In this document: piece after piece, positions 1 through 12,009 of the stretch
Layout: the number at the start of each line of letters is the position of its first letter
Position numbering within the stretch: the stretch's first letter is position 1
Assembly (NCBI GenBank): GCA_907165135.1
Contig: OU015567.1
Location: forward strand, 9,362,001 to 9,426,000
From: Oikopleura dioica
Lineage: Eukaryota; Animalia; Chordata
DNA length: 64,000 nucleotides
Reading direction: 5' to 3'
Program-made: the position numbers and the translations under genes
The notes under the pieces: generated by a model
What the model was told of the DNA's origin: nothing
What the model saw: only the letters and a program-made list of their open reading frames with translations
The model's database searches: none

Positions 1-780
1 AACGCTTGGATTCCTGCTTGCGTATCTCCTTATTTAAGAAAAAATACTGCTTTTCCGAAACAAAATCAGCCACGTTACCTCCACTTATTTGTACAGAATC
101 TCAAAATTACATTCACTTTTGATAATTTAGTAGAACACATGTGACACATGTATTTACATCCCTTTTTCAAGACTAAAATTGACAAGTTGCAATCCACCCC
201 TTGCCGAGGCTCGCTTGGCGTCCAAGTTCTTGCTGTAATGAATAAAATATTTCAAAAAAAAACCTGGGTGTTGATTTTGATTAAAACAAGAGAGAGATCA
301 CAAGGATTGTAGGATTGAAGGCATCATGTGGCTTATCATAAGGCAGCCTTTTTGTTTAATAGACAATAACAAGTACTGGAATTTAGTATCTGCAAAGTCC
401 AATTCATATCCTGATCAAACAAGGCAGTTGATTGAGCATCATGACTCATGATTCATGAGTCTACTAAGCATATGATTTTTATTTGCTTCTTGTTGAAAAC
501 GCATAGCAAATGTTGTCTAGTCACCGTGCAAATAGTGCCATGCCGTTGAAATTCAAATAGAACGTGCGTCCAGAACGAAAATTTCAATAACACACTAAAT
601 TTTAAATATGCGTTTTGTAAGAGAGGTCGGAGAACTGCTTGATGCCATCAAGGACAAGATCGATGGTGGAGCTGAAGGGCTCCTTGGCGATGCTGGAGAT
701 GCAGTAGCAGATGCTTTCGGCAATGTTGGAGAGAGTATCGATAAAGCTGTCGGCGGTGCTGTTGACAACGCTGGTGATGC
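1..780 (+). repeat. Diverged copy of 5410-6206 (3' end of Ig/GPI gene, intergenic DNA, first part of Gly/Ala/Asp-rich membrane gene); probably extends left of the window
   Basis: Base 1 aacgcttggattcctgcttgcgtatctcc aligns to 5410; collinear with substitutions and small indels up to ...gctggtgatgc (780 vs 6206), then unrelated. Confidence 0.95.
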
Positions 781-802
781 ATTCGAGGTCGTCCAAACAT
801 AA
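608..802 (+). pseudogene. Truncated duplicate of the start of the 6034 membrane-protein gene
   Basis: MRFVREVGELLDAIKDK...NAGDA matches the 6034 ORF, then runs into unrelated sequence and stops at 802. Confidence 0.6.
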
Positions 803-1850
803 CCACAGCGTTTTTTAAAAGAAGAGAACATCCATCTAGTTGAAGGAGGAAAGACATCAAAGCTTGTCTTTTAATTCTGATTAAAAATATTCTTCGCGGC
901 GGAACAGATGGCAACAACAAAACCAGGCCATCACCAGCTCGTTATTAATTATTTTAGGCGACACGAATTGCTTTCCAATAAGGGCGAGTACGCGAGCGCG
1001 TTTTCCCAATCGTGAAATTTGTCAATTTTGAGCGCTACCGTATTGATTCCTAATCAGCAGCATGTTCTTTGAAGAATGAAAGCCATAGCAATTGTGATGA
1101 TGGCTTAATTTATTAATCTTTGCTATGTTTGCAGCTTTCAGATTTTTAAAAGGAAGATGTTATCGTCTTTTTAAGATTATTCAAAGGGCCTTTAGAAATA
1201 TCAACTCTGAATTTTAAATGAAAAGTCTTTTCACTCAGAATACACTCAAAACTGACCTCAAAGTTCAATTTGCTTGCCCGAAGTCATGATTTAGTAGTCA
1301 TTGCAATAACTCCTTCCAAATGCTACCAAAGCTTTGAACTTTGGTGAAAATATACTTTGCTGCGGAAAAATATTGGTATATCTGACAAACTGTGTCATTC
1401 AACTGTCAACCTAAGTTCAGGTCAAAGTTTCAAGCCCAATCTTTCTCCAAGAAACATCTCGATGAAATCGAAATTGTTTTGCATCAGAGTAGAAAGCAAA
1501 GAAGCCATGCTTTTATCAATTATTTGTTAAACATCAATGCTAATTTTATTCCCGCAACTTGAACGAAAATGAAACATAATCATTTAAAGTCGTCCTTGCT
1601 GGATAATAGACTTAGCTACAATAAGAAAAACACCGTTTGTCCACAAGATGAAGGCGTAATTGTCGTTTTGGTTTTATAATGTCCTGCCCCAAGGGGTGAA
1701 AAGCTGAAATTCGCGCTGGCACGCCACCTTTACTTTTAGGCTGCGGCGCAACCCCGTCCGCTTCAATTACGCCTGGTGACTTTTTCCAAACGATAGAATC
1801 ACTCGGCTCTTATCAACGTAAACTGCCATAGAATTTTTCAAAGGACAAAA

Positions 1851-4800
1851 ATGAAGTTTGCAAAGATAGCAACGCTACAGATACTGCTTGTAAATGCACA
1901 AGAGAAGAAACCACAGGAGAAAATCATCAGTCGAGGTGGAGATGTTCGTCTCAGGTAAGCTAACGATAATCAGGAATCTTAACTCAAAAGTGTTTGTGGC
2001 ACTGAGAAAGCCAGTTAAATCGCAAGTTGATTTACATCCTCAAATTGTATTGAGGATTAAAATCAACCCGAAACAGGGGAGTTGGCTCCTTAGGGTGCAA
2101 TAAAAGATTTGTGCTCCTGTAATTGAGGTTGGATTAATTGAAAAAGGTTACCCGTAATTTAATTCCATGCCGATTCGCGATTATTCCCTGTAGATCCCTC
2201 TCAATACTGTATGGAAAATCTAGTTTTGTATTTGCATCAAAATGATGGCCATTCAATGACCCGTGAAATATCGTTGAATAGTGATAATCCGCATACTGAG
2301 ATGATACAATACTGACATAGAAACACACTGTAAAAGATATTAGTAAGGACATTTGTCAGATCATCTACGAACTTTCTCCAAGCAAGGTTTCATCTTGTAT
2401 TCTAGCTGCAAAGTCAACACAACGGACTCAATCGTCTGGATAAACAGCAAAACTGGTGCAAGTGGAGAGCTTTCCATACCTCGCGCCCAGGGATCTAATT
2501 TTTTTCGCGAAAATCGCAATTTGCGAATATTTTGCGATTGCGATGCGAAATTTCGCAGAAAATTCGCAATCGCAAAAACTTTTTTGATCGAATCGCAATC
2601 GCATCGCAATCGCAACTCAGTTTTCGCAAATAATTCGCAAATTGCGATTTTTTTTGCGAATTTCGGTCTTGTCAAAGTGCTCCCTTGTTATTCTGACATG
2701 AGTTTTCTTTGACTCAGAGCCTATGTTCTGTGTTCTTAAGGCTTAATTGAAAGCCTGACCTCAAAAAATTTTCGTAAATTCTATGAAAAGTTACTTTTTT
2801 CGCTAAAATTTCGCAAATAGCGACGAAATCGCAATTCGCGAAAAATTCGCAATTTGCGACAAAAATCGGGGGCGCTCGGTTAGAATACCAAAAATTTTTG
2901 GTATTTGAATACCAAAAATTGGTATTTGAATACCAAAATTGGTATTTGAATACCAATTTTTTCTAGCGGAAACAATTTTTTTCCCTGAAAAACATGTAAA
3001 TCACCTCTAGAGCTTCCTAAAAAACAGGCGCGGAGCGCACACTCAAATTTTTTGGCGGGCGAAATTAGTATTCTTTGGCGAATTTGGTATTTGAATACCA
3101 AAATTGGTATTTGAATACCAAAAATTGGTATTTGAATACCAATTGGTATTCTAACCGAGCGTCTCCCACAAAAATCGCAATCGCATCGCAATTTCCGGAG
3201 TATTTTGCGTCGCAATCGCATCGCAATCGCAATTGATTTTCGGCAAAAATTAAGATCCCTGCTCGCGCCGTTTCTATTGGCATGGAACAACTCATGGACC
3301 TCGGCAAAGTCTCCTTCACTAGTGGAGGTATATGCCGCATTCTATTTCTGTAATTAGAAGTTAACTCTTTACGGACGACGCCAGTGCCAATTTTAGTGAA
3401 TAATTGATTGACTATAACCTTAACTCAATATTCTGAGATTAGGTTTTTGCCCCTGGCGATCAGGCAGGTGCAATCGCCGAGAGCCATCGGGCGATCTCGC
3501 TTGACCTGTAACTGTAAAATACTTATGTCAGCTTACGCCATCTAAATTAATTAAAATACTCATAGTCTGCAGGCATAAATAATGAACTAACGTCGAGTTT
3601 ACGTCGATTTTCTGGCAGTGGAGTATAAATAGTTGAGCAAGGATACTCTCTAATCGATCAAACTGGCTATAAGATGATAGTATATAAAACCAAACATAAG
3701 GAGTAATTGACTGAAAAATCACAAGATGAATTGAAATATTTTAAGATTATTCTCTGACGATCCAGAATGTTGATGATGATAAACAAGGACTCTGGAACTG
3801 TCAGCAAGCGGGTCGAATAGTCGCGTCTTACAATCTCATTGTCGATGGTAAATATTCAAATGAATGCTTCCAAATCCATTTAACACCGTCTTTCCCAGTG
3901 CCACCTGAAATTGAAATGGTGTCATCCTCGCCCGTCGAAGTAGGTGAAGATTCGACGTTGATCTGTCAGGCATCTGGACGACCCCGACCGAAGATTTACT
4001 GGACACGAAAGGGAGGAGAAACTATAGGTATGTTGAATCAATGCTAAGACTTATAGAAAATAAACAATTTGCGCGGAATCAGAGTTATTGATTTTGGATT
4101 ATTCAGACGGAGCCAAAACGATCGAACTTGCTGATGCAGATGGAGTTCAGCGATCCCAAGGTACATCTACATGTCTTTAATCCCTTCCATTACAATGCAA
4201 TTATACCGACCCGTCCATAAAGAAACCAAAAATAGTATCTTATTTTGCTTTCAGGAACTTTGGTGGTTCAAAATGTGACAAAATCGATGATTGCGGAAAT
4301 TTCCTGCAACGCACAAAGCCGCGCTACCACCGCCACCCAAACGACAGATGTGAACGTGAAATGTAAGCGCGATTCGATTTTTGACTACTCATTAGCTTGG
4401 AACACACACACAAACGAGAGTAGAGGCACAGATGCTCGTTAACGATAATTGTTTTGTATTTTGTCCCGAAATCATCATTTCCCATGAGTGCGCTAATCAC
4501 AATTACATGAGCGCGTTTTCGTGATTTGTTTTGTGCCTTTAGGTTCAAATGATGTTCTCGGGGTCAAGATACACGCTCATGCATGCTAGTTCATCATCAC
4601 AATATGTCATTTACATTTCCATCCTCAATGAATTTCTATTCATTTTCGCATGATCAACTTTTTAGTAAAAATTTTGAGCAATAATTAATGCTAGGCTCAA
4701 GATTTTTCCTCGCATGATTTTAAACAATGATTTTTAAAAATTGTATAGCTGCCCCCGTGGTGATAACAGAGGAGGGTTTGGGGATGACGAAGCGAAGGTA

Positions 4801-5446
4801 TGCCAAAGTAGGCAGTGCCACCCAAGTCTCCTGCATCGTACAAGGCTTTCCTATTCCTACTGTACGATGGTGGCTCGATGAGCGATTGTAAGTTGCTCAC
4901 AAGAGATAGGTTTTATTAATGATCATAGCTTGCGGATTGATGAGATCGAGGACGAGCGCATAAAGTTATGTACGAATGTCAGGGATGACGCCAAGTATGG
5001 CCGCATTATAATTTACACGATATGGAAGTGTTCATCAATTTTTAAACTCATTTTTAGTCCAAAAATGTCACTCTTGCTTTCTCGTCTTGCATTTTAACGA
5101 CAACGATACAGTAATAATGCAATAACTCTAAGTACCATCGATGCAAGTCAAGAGCTTGAGTAAAAATCATTTTTGAGCACTGTAAAAGCAATAAAAGAAG
5201 TGAAAGATGCCGACTTCGGTGTATACAAGTGTGAACCTTCTAATGAACTTGGATCCGACCATTTCAAAGCGGTCCTTGCCCGTAAAAAGGCAAAATTTTA
5301 GATACAATTTAACACTCATCCTAGGCCTTCCGAAAACCACGAACGAAGCTCAAACTCAAGCACGCAAATCGGGCCAAAATGGAGCCTCTACTCAATCTGT
5401 CAATTTGCTAACGCTTGGATTCCTGCTTGCGTATCTCCTTATTTAA
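1851..5446 (+). CDS. Three-Ig-domain GPI-anchored cell adhesion protein (lachesin/IgLON-like), multi-exon; exon 2 interrupted by a MITE
   Basis: Signal peptide MKFAKIATLQILLVNAQ (1851-1954, GT donor); Ig1 DVRLSCKV..IVW..DYSLTIQNV..GLWNC; Ig2 VPPEI..TLICQASGRPRPKIYW; Ig3 VSCIVQGFPIPTVRW..DFGVYKCEPSNELG; hydrophobic GPI-type tail LLTLGFLLAYLLI* at 5446. Confidence 0.85.
2488..3261. mobile_element. Non-autonomous hAT-type MITE (774 bp including a nested element) inside a coding exon
   Basis: TIR CAGGGATCTAATTTTT...AAAAATTAAGATCCCTG; perfect 8-bp TSD ctcgcgcc (2480-2487, 3262-3269); subterminal cgcaat/attgcg repeats. 8-bp TSD with CA ends is the hAT signature. Confidence 0.9.
2868..3167. mobile_element. 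Nested 300-bp Mutator/foldback-like MITE
   Basis: TIR GGG(G/AG)..CGCTCGGTTAGAATACCA; 9-bp TSD acaaaaatc (2859-2867, 3168-3176); six near-palindromic TGGTATTTGAATACCA units. Confidence 0.8.
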
Positions 5447-6033
5447 GAAAAAAAAACTGCTTTTCCGAAACAAAATCAGCCACGTTACCTCCACTTATTT
5501 GTACAGCGTCTCAAAATTACATTCATTTTTGATAATTTAGTAGAACACATGTGACACATGTATTTACATCCCTTTTTCAAGACTAAAATAGACAAGTTGC
5601 AATCCACCACTTGCCGAGGCTCCCTTGGCGTCCAAGTTCTTGCTGTAATGAATAAAATATTTCAAAAAAAAAACCTGGGTGTTGATTTTGATAAAACAAG
5701 AGAGAGATATTGAGATCTTGATCTTGAGAGATTTTGATAAAAGAGGGATTGTAGAATTGAAGGCATCATGTGGCTTATCATAAAGCAGCCTTGTTTGTGT
5801 TCCAGTACAATAAGTACTGGAATTTAGTTTCTGCAAAGTCCCATTCATATACTGATCGAACAAGGCAGTTGATTAAGCATCATGAGTCTACTTAGCATAT
5901 GATTTTTATTTGCTTCTTGTTGAAAACGCATGGCAAATGTTGTCTAGTCACCGTGCAAATAGTGCCATGCCGTTGAAATTCAAATAGAACGTGCGTCCAG
6001 AACGAAAATTTCAATAACACACTAATTTTAAAT

Positions 6034-7112
6034 ATGCGCTTCGCAAGAGAGGTCGGAGAACTACTCGATGCCATCAAGGACAAGATCGATGGTGGAGCTG
6101 AAGGGCTCCTTGGCGATGCTGGAGATGCAGTAGCAGATGCTTTCGGCAATGTTGGAGAGAGCATCGATAAAGCTGTCGGCGGTGCTGTTGACAACGCTGG
6201 TGATGCCGTTGCAAGTGCTTTTGGCAATGCTGGAGATGTTCTTGGAGACTCATTTGAAGGTAGTATTTACGTTTTATATTTTAAGACTACCTATTCTTAT
6301 AGACATGCAAGACGTAGCTGGCGATATGGTCAAAGACATTAAAAATGCGTTTCAGCAGAAACTCAACGAATTAGATGACAAATTTGAGGATTTGGCCGAC
6401 AATATCAACTTCGGAGGTTGTTCTAATCTTCATCCGTCCAATGACTTCCCGGTAATGGAGTGGGCCGCTTGGACGATGGTCTTTCTTCCGCTCATTTCGA
6501 TCATCATCAACTGCATCTTTACGAGAAAGCAGACCAGCAAAGAAGATGATGGCGAAACATCGCCAGTCCAAAGCAAATCGGCAAAAATAAGACAAATTTA
6601 TCATTTTTTTATTGTTATTTAGGTTCACTCCTCATCTGTTGGACTTGTAGGCATTCTCTCGATGATTGCTGGAACTCTCTTCCTTATCTTCTACTACAAT
6701 GTATGTTCTGGATACTGATAAGGTTTATAGATTATTTTTAGTTCAAAAACTGTAACGAAGCTACTTTCGGAACATGCTGGAATCAAACTATGCTAAAATG
6801 GCACGTTGGAATGACCCTTGCTGTTGTTGTTGCCGGAGCCATCTGCTCGACATTGATCACGATTGTTATGATCATGCTCGTAAGTTGAAACAAGCCCTAC
6901 AAAAATGATTTTTTTAGGTCTGCCAAGGTGGTGGATGCATGCAGGCAATTTGCTTTCACATCTTCCTTCAATTCCGTAAGAAAAATTTACACAATTGTTT
7001 TCCAATAAAAACGATCATAGAAATCACACTTATCTTTGCCGCTCCTGTTGTTGCTGTTGCCTACGGATGGGACTACACTTTCGGAAGCTGCGAAATTTTG
7101 AATTTATTGTAA
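6034..7112 (+). CDS. Multi-pass membrane protein with Gly/Ala/Asp-rich 11-mer repeat region; true start uncertain
   Basis: Short GT-AG introns join exons encoding GDAGDAVADAF-type repeats and hydrophobic segments (WAAWTMVFLPLISIIINCIF, VGLVGILSMIAGTLFLIFYY, MTLAVVVAGAICSTLITIVMIML); stop at 7112 overlaps AATAAA. Confidence 0.6.
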
Positions 7113-7175
7113 ATAAAGTGTCTCTAGAACCGAAGTGTTGTTCATCTCAATAATTGACAGACTGCTCAGTTTAAA

Positions 7176-8268
7176 ATGAGCCATTATCTATCCCAAAAGG
7201 ATGATTTTGATATAATCGACCACATTTACAGACTTGGTCAAGATGCTGAGAAGCAAAGATTCAAGGAATATGTCTCGGCGACGAGAATGCAAAAATGGTG
7301 GCGCGGACGCGCAGCCCGACTGAAAATCAAAAACGTGGTCGAGGCTGCGTCTACTGTCAGCCGATTTCTGGGCACAATCAAAGCGAAAAAGATTCTGATG
7401 CGATGTATAAAAAAGACAGTTCTGGAAGATCAGCGAAAATACTTTGACAGCAAGATTGTTAAATTTCAAGCTTTATGGCGAGGATACGCGAGTCGGAAGA
7501 ACATATTCTGGTATTATCAGTGGAAACGTGACCTTGCGGTAAGTCGAACGTTCAGATTTTACAGCTAACAAATATTAAAGAATCTTGAAGTCATGAACGA
7601 AATCACCTTGCGAAATCTGGAGCAGTATCAAATCCGTAAAAAGCTTGATGAACTCGAAGAAAATGAACAAAAAAGAGTCGAAAAACGTGAATCCGCCAAA
7701 AAGCGATCTAACTACGAGCCTATCAATTATCTCACGTGTTCTTCGACAAAAATAGTAGACACCAGCAATGTTATTCACAAGAAAAAGCGCTGCGAAATTA
7801 TCCCTACCTGCATGATAAACGTATTCGAGGAGAAAGAAAAGAAACCGCCCGTTCAACTGAAACCGATAAAAGCACGTGGTAGACCAAAAGGGCCATTTAG
7901 AAGTGAGGAAGCCGTCACAATGCAGAAGACACGAGCACCCAGTCCGACTTTGAGAGTAGCAACACCCTTTGACCTTCAGGATGAAAGCAAACGATTCGAA
8001 AAGAAAATTAAATGGATAAACAGAATTCAAGATCCGATGGTAAGCAACAAAAAGTTTCCTTACTTATCTCTACTTTCAGAAATTCGCAACAATGTCAAAA
8101 GCATCATATGAACGAACTCTGTGGGGCCTAACGCCGTACAATCCACGTGACCTGACAAGCTGCAATTTACGCGAGGAATACGAAGACCCCTTCCGACCAA
8201 AGTTCAGATCCCAAGTTCCTAACATACCGATCTTTGACCGACTGGGTCGATCCTATGATGAAAGATAA
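7176..8268 (+). CDS. SPATA17: Spermatogenesis-associated protein 17-like (IQ motifs)
   Basis: IQ motifs MQKWWRGRAAR and FQALWRGYASRKNIFWYY; KGPFR...PTLRVATPFD matches the SPATA17 C-terminal motif; three exons. Confidence 0.8.
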
Positions 8269-8794
8269 ACGTCGTATCTATTAGACGCTTTTATGTAAAT
8301 AAATTATTTAATCCATTGCCGAACAAGAACTTGATTGCCGCGAGTGTACCCGAGGAAATCAAGGAAGAAAATTTTCCATATTTTTCAAAGTTTTATTAGA
8401 TAATTGAGGAAGCCGCAGAAGATAAAGATTTTTACAAACTTATAAATTGACAAATTTCTATCGAACTTTAGACAAAACGGTCTACTCCATGAGTTTGAGG
8501 TGATCAAGTTTTGCGATAGCCAGTAAATATTTAAAGATAGATTCAGTATTTGAGATGTCTGCCCCTTATTTGCAATTAGGCAAATGATGAATTATATTTA
8601 AAAACAATAGGATGAAATTTACAATGTAAATTTTACATTAAAATGAGATACTTTGATTGAAATAAGAAACAAGGAAAAATAAGGAGATAAAGGAAAAAGT
8701 ATTTACTTTTAATGAATTTTAATGAAAGAGAAAGCTGGAGAATCCTAAAAATATGAAAAGATAGAAGAGATAAATACTTTTAAAAGAATAGGAC

Positions 8795-9882
8795 TCAGTT
8801 CATGACATGAAATTTAAAATCATCATCATCGGACACTGGTTCTTGTTTAGTTTCAGTTTTAATCGACTGATCATCGTAGATCTTGCATTCGATGGTCTCC
8901 GTCTCTTCTTTTACTTCTAATTTTGTTTCTTCTTTGACACTTTCGTGAACCACGATGGTTAACGAGGTGTCATCGTTGATTTCCGGATCGTCGTTCAGGA
9001 GAGAGCTCTTTCGTGGCTGCACGGGATCAATGATTGGAATCTTGGTTCTGCCGGTTAGCTTGTCGGTGTATTCCAGGCCTTGTGGAAGTTCGGAGATTTT
9101 CGCGAGGTCGATTCTGTCCTGTAGTTGATTTTCAAGGTAGTCGTTGTTGTTGACTTGGTATGCGGTAAGTTCGACAAATTCTTCCGCCGGCCCGCGCGTC
9201 ATTTCTTCGTGAATTCGGAGTCGTTTAGCATCTTGGTGGTATTCTAACCTATCGACGCGTTTTTGGTTTTTGTTGAATTGCGGGACCGTCAGTGTTCCCT
9301 TGATCCTCTTGTCATCCCCATCCACTGGTCGTGGGTAGAGATCGTATTCGCTCACATTCAAAGCATTGACTTTCTTTGGATTGCAAGTGTGGATGTGCTT
9401 GTAGGGATTGAAGTGAACATATTTGAAATCGGCGAGATTGAAGTCGTTGGGATTGTTCTTCAAAAATTCGTAGTAGGACTTTGGATCAAGGGGCGGGCCA
9501 CTGAAAGATTCCGGAAAGACGATCCCGATTGCGGAGAGGCATTTTTTCTGGATGCAGCGGAGAATGCAAGAGTTCTGAGAAAATAATTAGGGGCCGGTAG
9601 TAATAAATTAATTACCTTAGATTTCGATGTTGATTTGACTCTCAGCGTCGTTATGTACAGTTCTCCTTCGATTTCCAAATGAAAATGTATCGCACCGTGT
9701 TTAGATACACCGACGGCGTACATGTTCGGATGTTTCTGAGTGCCAGTATTTCTTTTCGGGATTCTCGCTAGAATTTCCTCCGAATTCATGATTTCCAACG
9801 CAATCTGAAATAACTGGTTTGAAAGATCGGGGCTTTCATAGAGAAGATTAGTCATACTTTCTTTAGGAACAAGTTCCCTCAA
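8795..9882 (-). CDS. Uncharacterised protein with acidic C-terminus; 5' end uncertain
   Basis: ORFs 9460-9882 and 8795-9463 join through a ~43-nt GT-AG intron (~9574-9616); no family recognised. Confidence 0.6.
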
Positions 9883-10169
9883 GAAAAATAAAGTTGAATC
9901 AGTAAGCCATCAGAGAGTTCTGTAAAAATAGCCAGGCCTTCTGATTTCATATACACTTATGATTTACGTTAAATGAATGTGCGTGTATTAACAAAACGAT
10001 ACAGAGAATCTCTTATTTTACGACATCATTAGCCGTAACGAATACTTTGAATTGTTAAAATACTCAAGAAGATAAATGAAAATTGCCATTTATGAGAAGA
10101 TGATGGCAGTATAACTGGAGCTTTAAAAAAAGAAAGGAAATGTCAGCGATAAAAGACTTAATAAGAGAC

Positions 10170-11952
10170 TTAGTAAGTCATCGGCTCCTGGAATTTTCGA
10201 GGATTGGAGCGTGCTGGCATGAAATTTCCTCGAGGAGCCCCTCGACCTCGGCTATTTCAGGTGTCCATTTTGTTTCAAAAGTTTTTTTTTCTTGGGCAAT
10301 CAAACACCATTCCTGCTACTTCCTCTGAAATGTCCACTGCCTCGTCCACGCGCTCCGGGCACAGTTCCCCGCGCCGAGTATCCCCCTCGACCTCTAGTTG
10401 GTGCAGTTCCGGTTCGTCGATTAGGCATCATCGGCTCGTAGTGCGGGTTTCCATCGTTAGGAATTGTTCGTGTTACTCCAACGGGCTCTGAAGCAGCCAT
10501 TTTCTTTCTGGCGTATTCAGACTCGAATTTTTCCGGTTCAGGCATGTAGTCAGGTTCATTGGGGACAGAAACGCGGATCCCATCGCCAGTTGCTCGAGCT
10601 TCTCGGGTGTCGCTTAAATTATTCCTTGAAACTGGTCGGAAATAAACAATTTCATACTTATCTTTCATAGCTGCTCGTTCCTCTTCGAGAGCTTTGTTCA
10701 TTTTATTGCGCGCTGTGACCAGCTTGGCCTTCGTTTCTGCTTTCTCTCTCGTGAGTCTTTTCTGTTTCGATTCGTCAGCTCTCTTTTCATCTCTGTAATC
10801 TCTGATGGACCGGCGCGTACTGATCAGCTTCCTTTCATTATCTCGCTTCTCTTTGGTGTATCTCACGGCCGCTTCAAGATCATTGTCGACTAAAAGTTTT
10901 AAAGTTAAAGAAAACTTACGATTTCTATTTTTTATCTCTCGACTCACTGTTTCTTTTCATTCTAGAGATGTCCTGGCGAACAGATCTGTATTTAGACTGC
11001 GTTTCATTTTTCTTTTTGCGTTTTTCGCTGATCGTCTTGTCCATTTCTTCAATCTTCTTCATCAGCGCCGCAAGCTCGTCATTTTTATCCTCGTTGGTGA
11101 GATCGATGAGCGTTTTTCGTCGAGTAGGGTCGTTGTCTTGCACTGAAGATTCATTTTATAGACGGATATTGATTCAAAAAAGCTTACCGCAAATGTCCAC
11201 AATATTCCCGCAGAGTTCGCCATTCAGTTTGCTGTGGAGAGTTTGGGCGTCTACGAGACATAAGAATTATAATCCAAATCGACCAAGAGGAATTACCTTT
11301 TGATGATTCACAAGATAGCAAAATCGCCGTCTCGTTTTTATTCTTCGCGAATTTGATGCCACAGCGAATTCCAAATTTTCGAATAGCACGTGCCGCCGTT
11401 TTTGGTTCAAGATCGTTTCTGACTTTTGTGATCCAAAGGATCTTCATATTTTCGTCAATTTCCATCTCCTCGCTCTCGTGATGGATATCTTCAGAAAAAT
11501 CGAGCTCATCAAGGTTAACTTCGTCTTCATTCATTTGGAGATTATCACATTGGCTGTCTGCGTCCTCGCAAGATTCATAATCAGCGATTCTTGCCAAGGG
11601 TTCGTCGTCGTCATTGTGAATTTCTTGGACTTCATTGTCCTCTGCGTCCATGGCAGCAGATACTTGTTCGTTTTCTTCGACAATAGACAGTTCTGATATA
11701 TTTCATAATATGAAAATACCGTAAGAATATATTATTACCTGGTTCGGAATTAGAAAATTCATCAGAAGATTGTTTTCGCTGGGGGACATCAGCAGCAGCA
11801 AAATCGTAGGTATCGGGATCAAAGTCATTGTCTTCGATCCAGTCGGATAATCTTTGGAGAAGTTCAGCTTTCTTGCCCTCCGTACTTTCGTGTCGGGCAG
11901 CAAGTGCTTCACGGATTTCTGCTACTTTGAGATCAGTCAACAATTTCACCAT
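10170..11952 (-). CDS. SAFB/SLTM-like protein: SAP domain, acidic region, divergent RRM, charged coiled coil, RGG tail
   Basis: SAP LKVAEIREALAARHESTEGKKAELLQRL; RRM-like KILWITKV...DAQTLHSKLNGELCGNIVDI; RGRGG repeats continue into last exon RGRGAPRGNF via a GA-AG intron (10252-10312). Confidence 0.75.
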
Positions 11953-12009
11953 CACAAAATCCTTCTAAAAAGTTCAGATTAAAAATAAGGATTATCGTTG
12001 CTTAAAGTT

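Noticed and set aside
781-1700. Possible degraded coding or transposase sequence after the duplication breakpoint
   Set aside because: Short interrupted frames with no recognisable motif.
2878-3150. CRISPR-like array of palindromic TGGTATTTGAATACCA repeats
   Set aside because: No unique spacers, eukaryotic context, no cas genes; the units lie inside a TIR element.
2361-3340. ORFs 2361-2675, 2714-2956, 2880-3290 and 3065-3340
   Set aside because: Low-complexity translations of MITE repeats; no transposase motifs.
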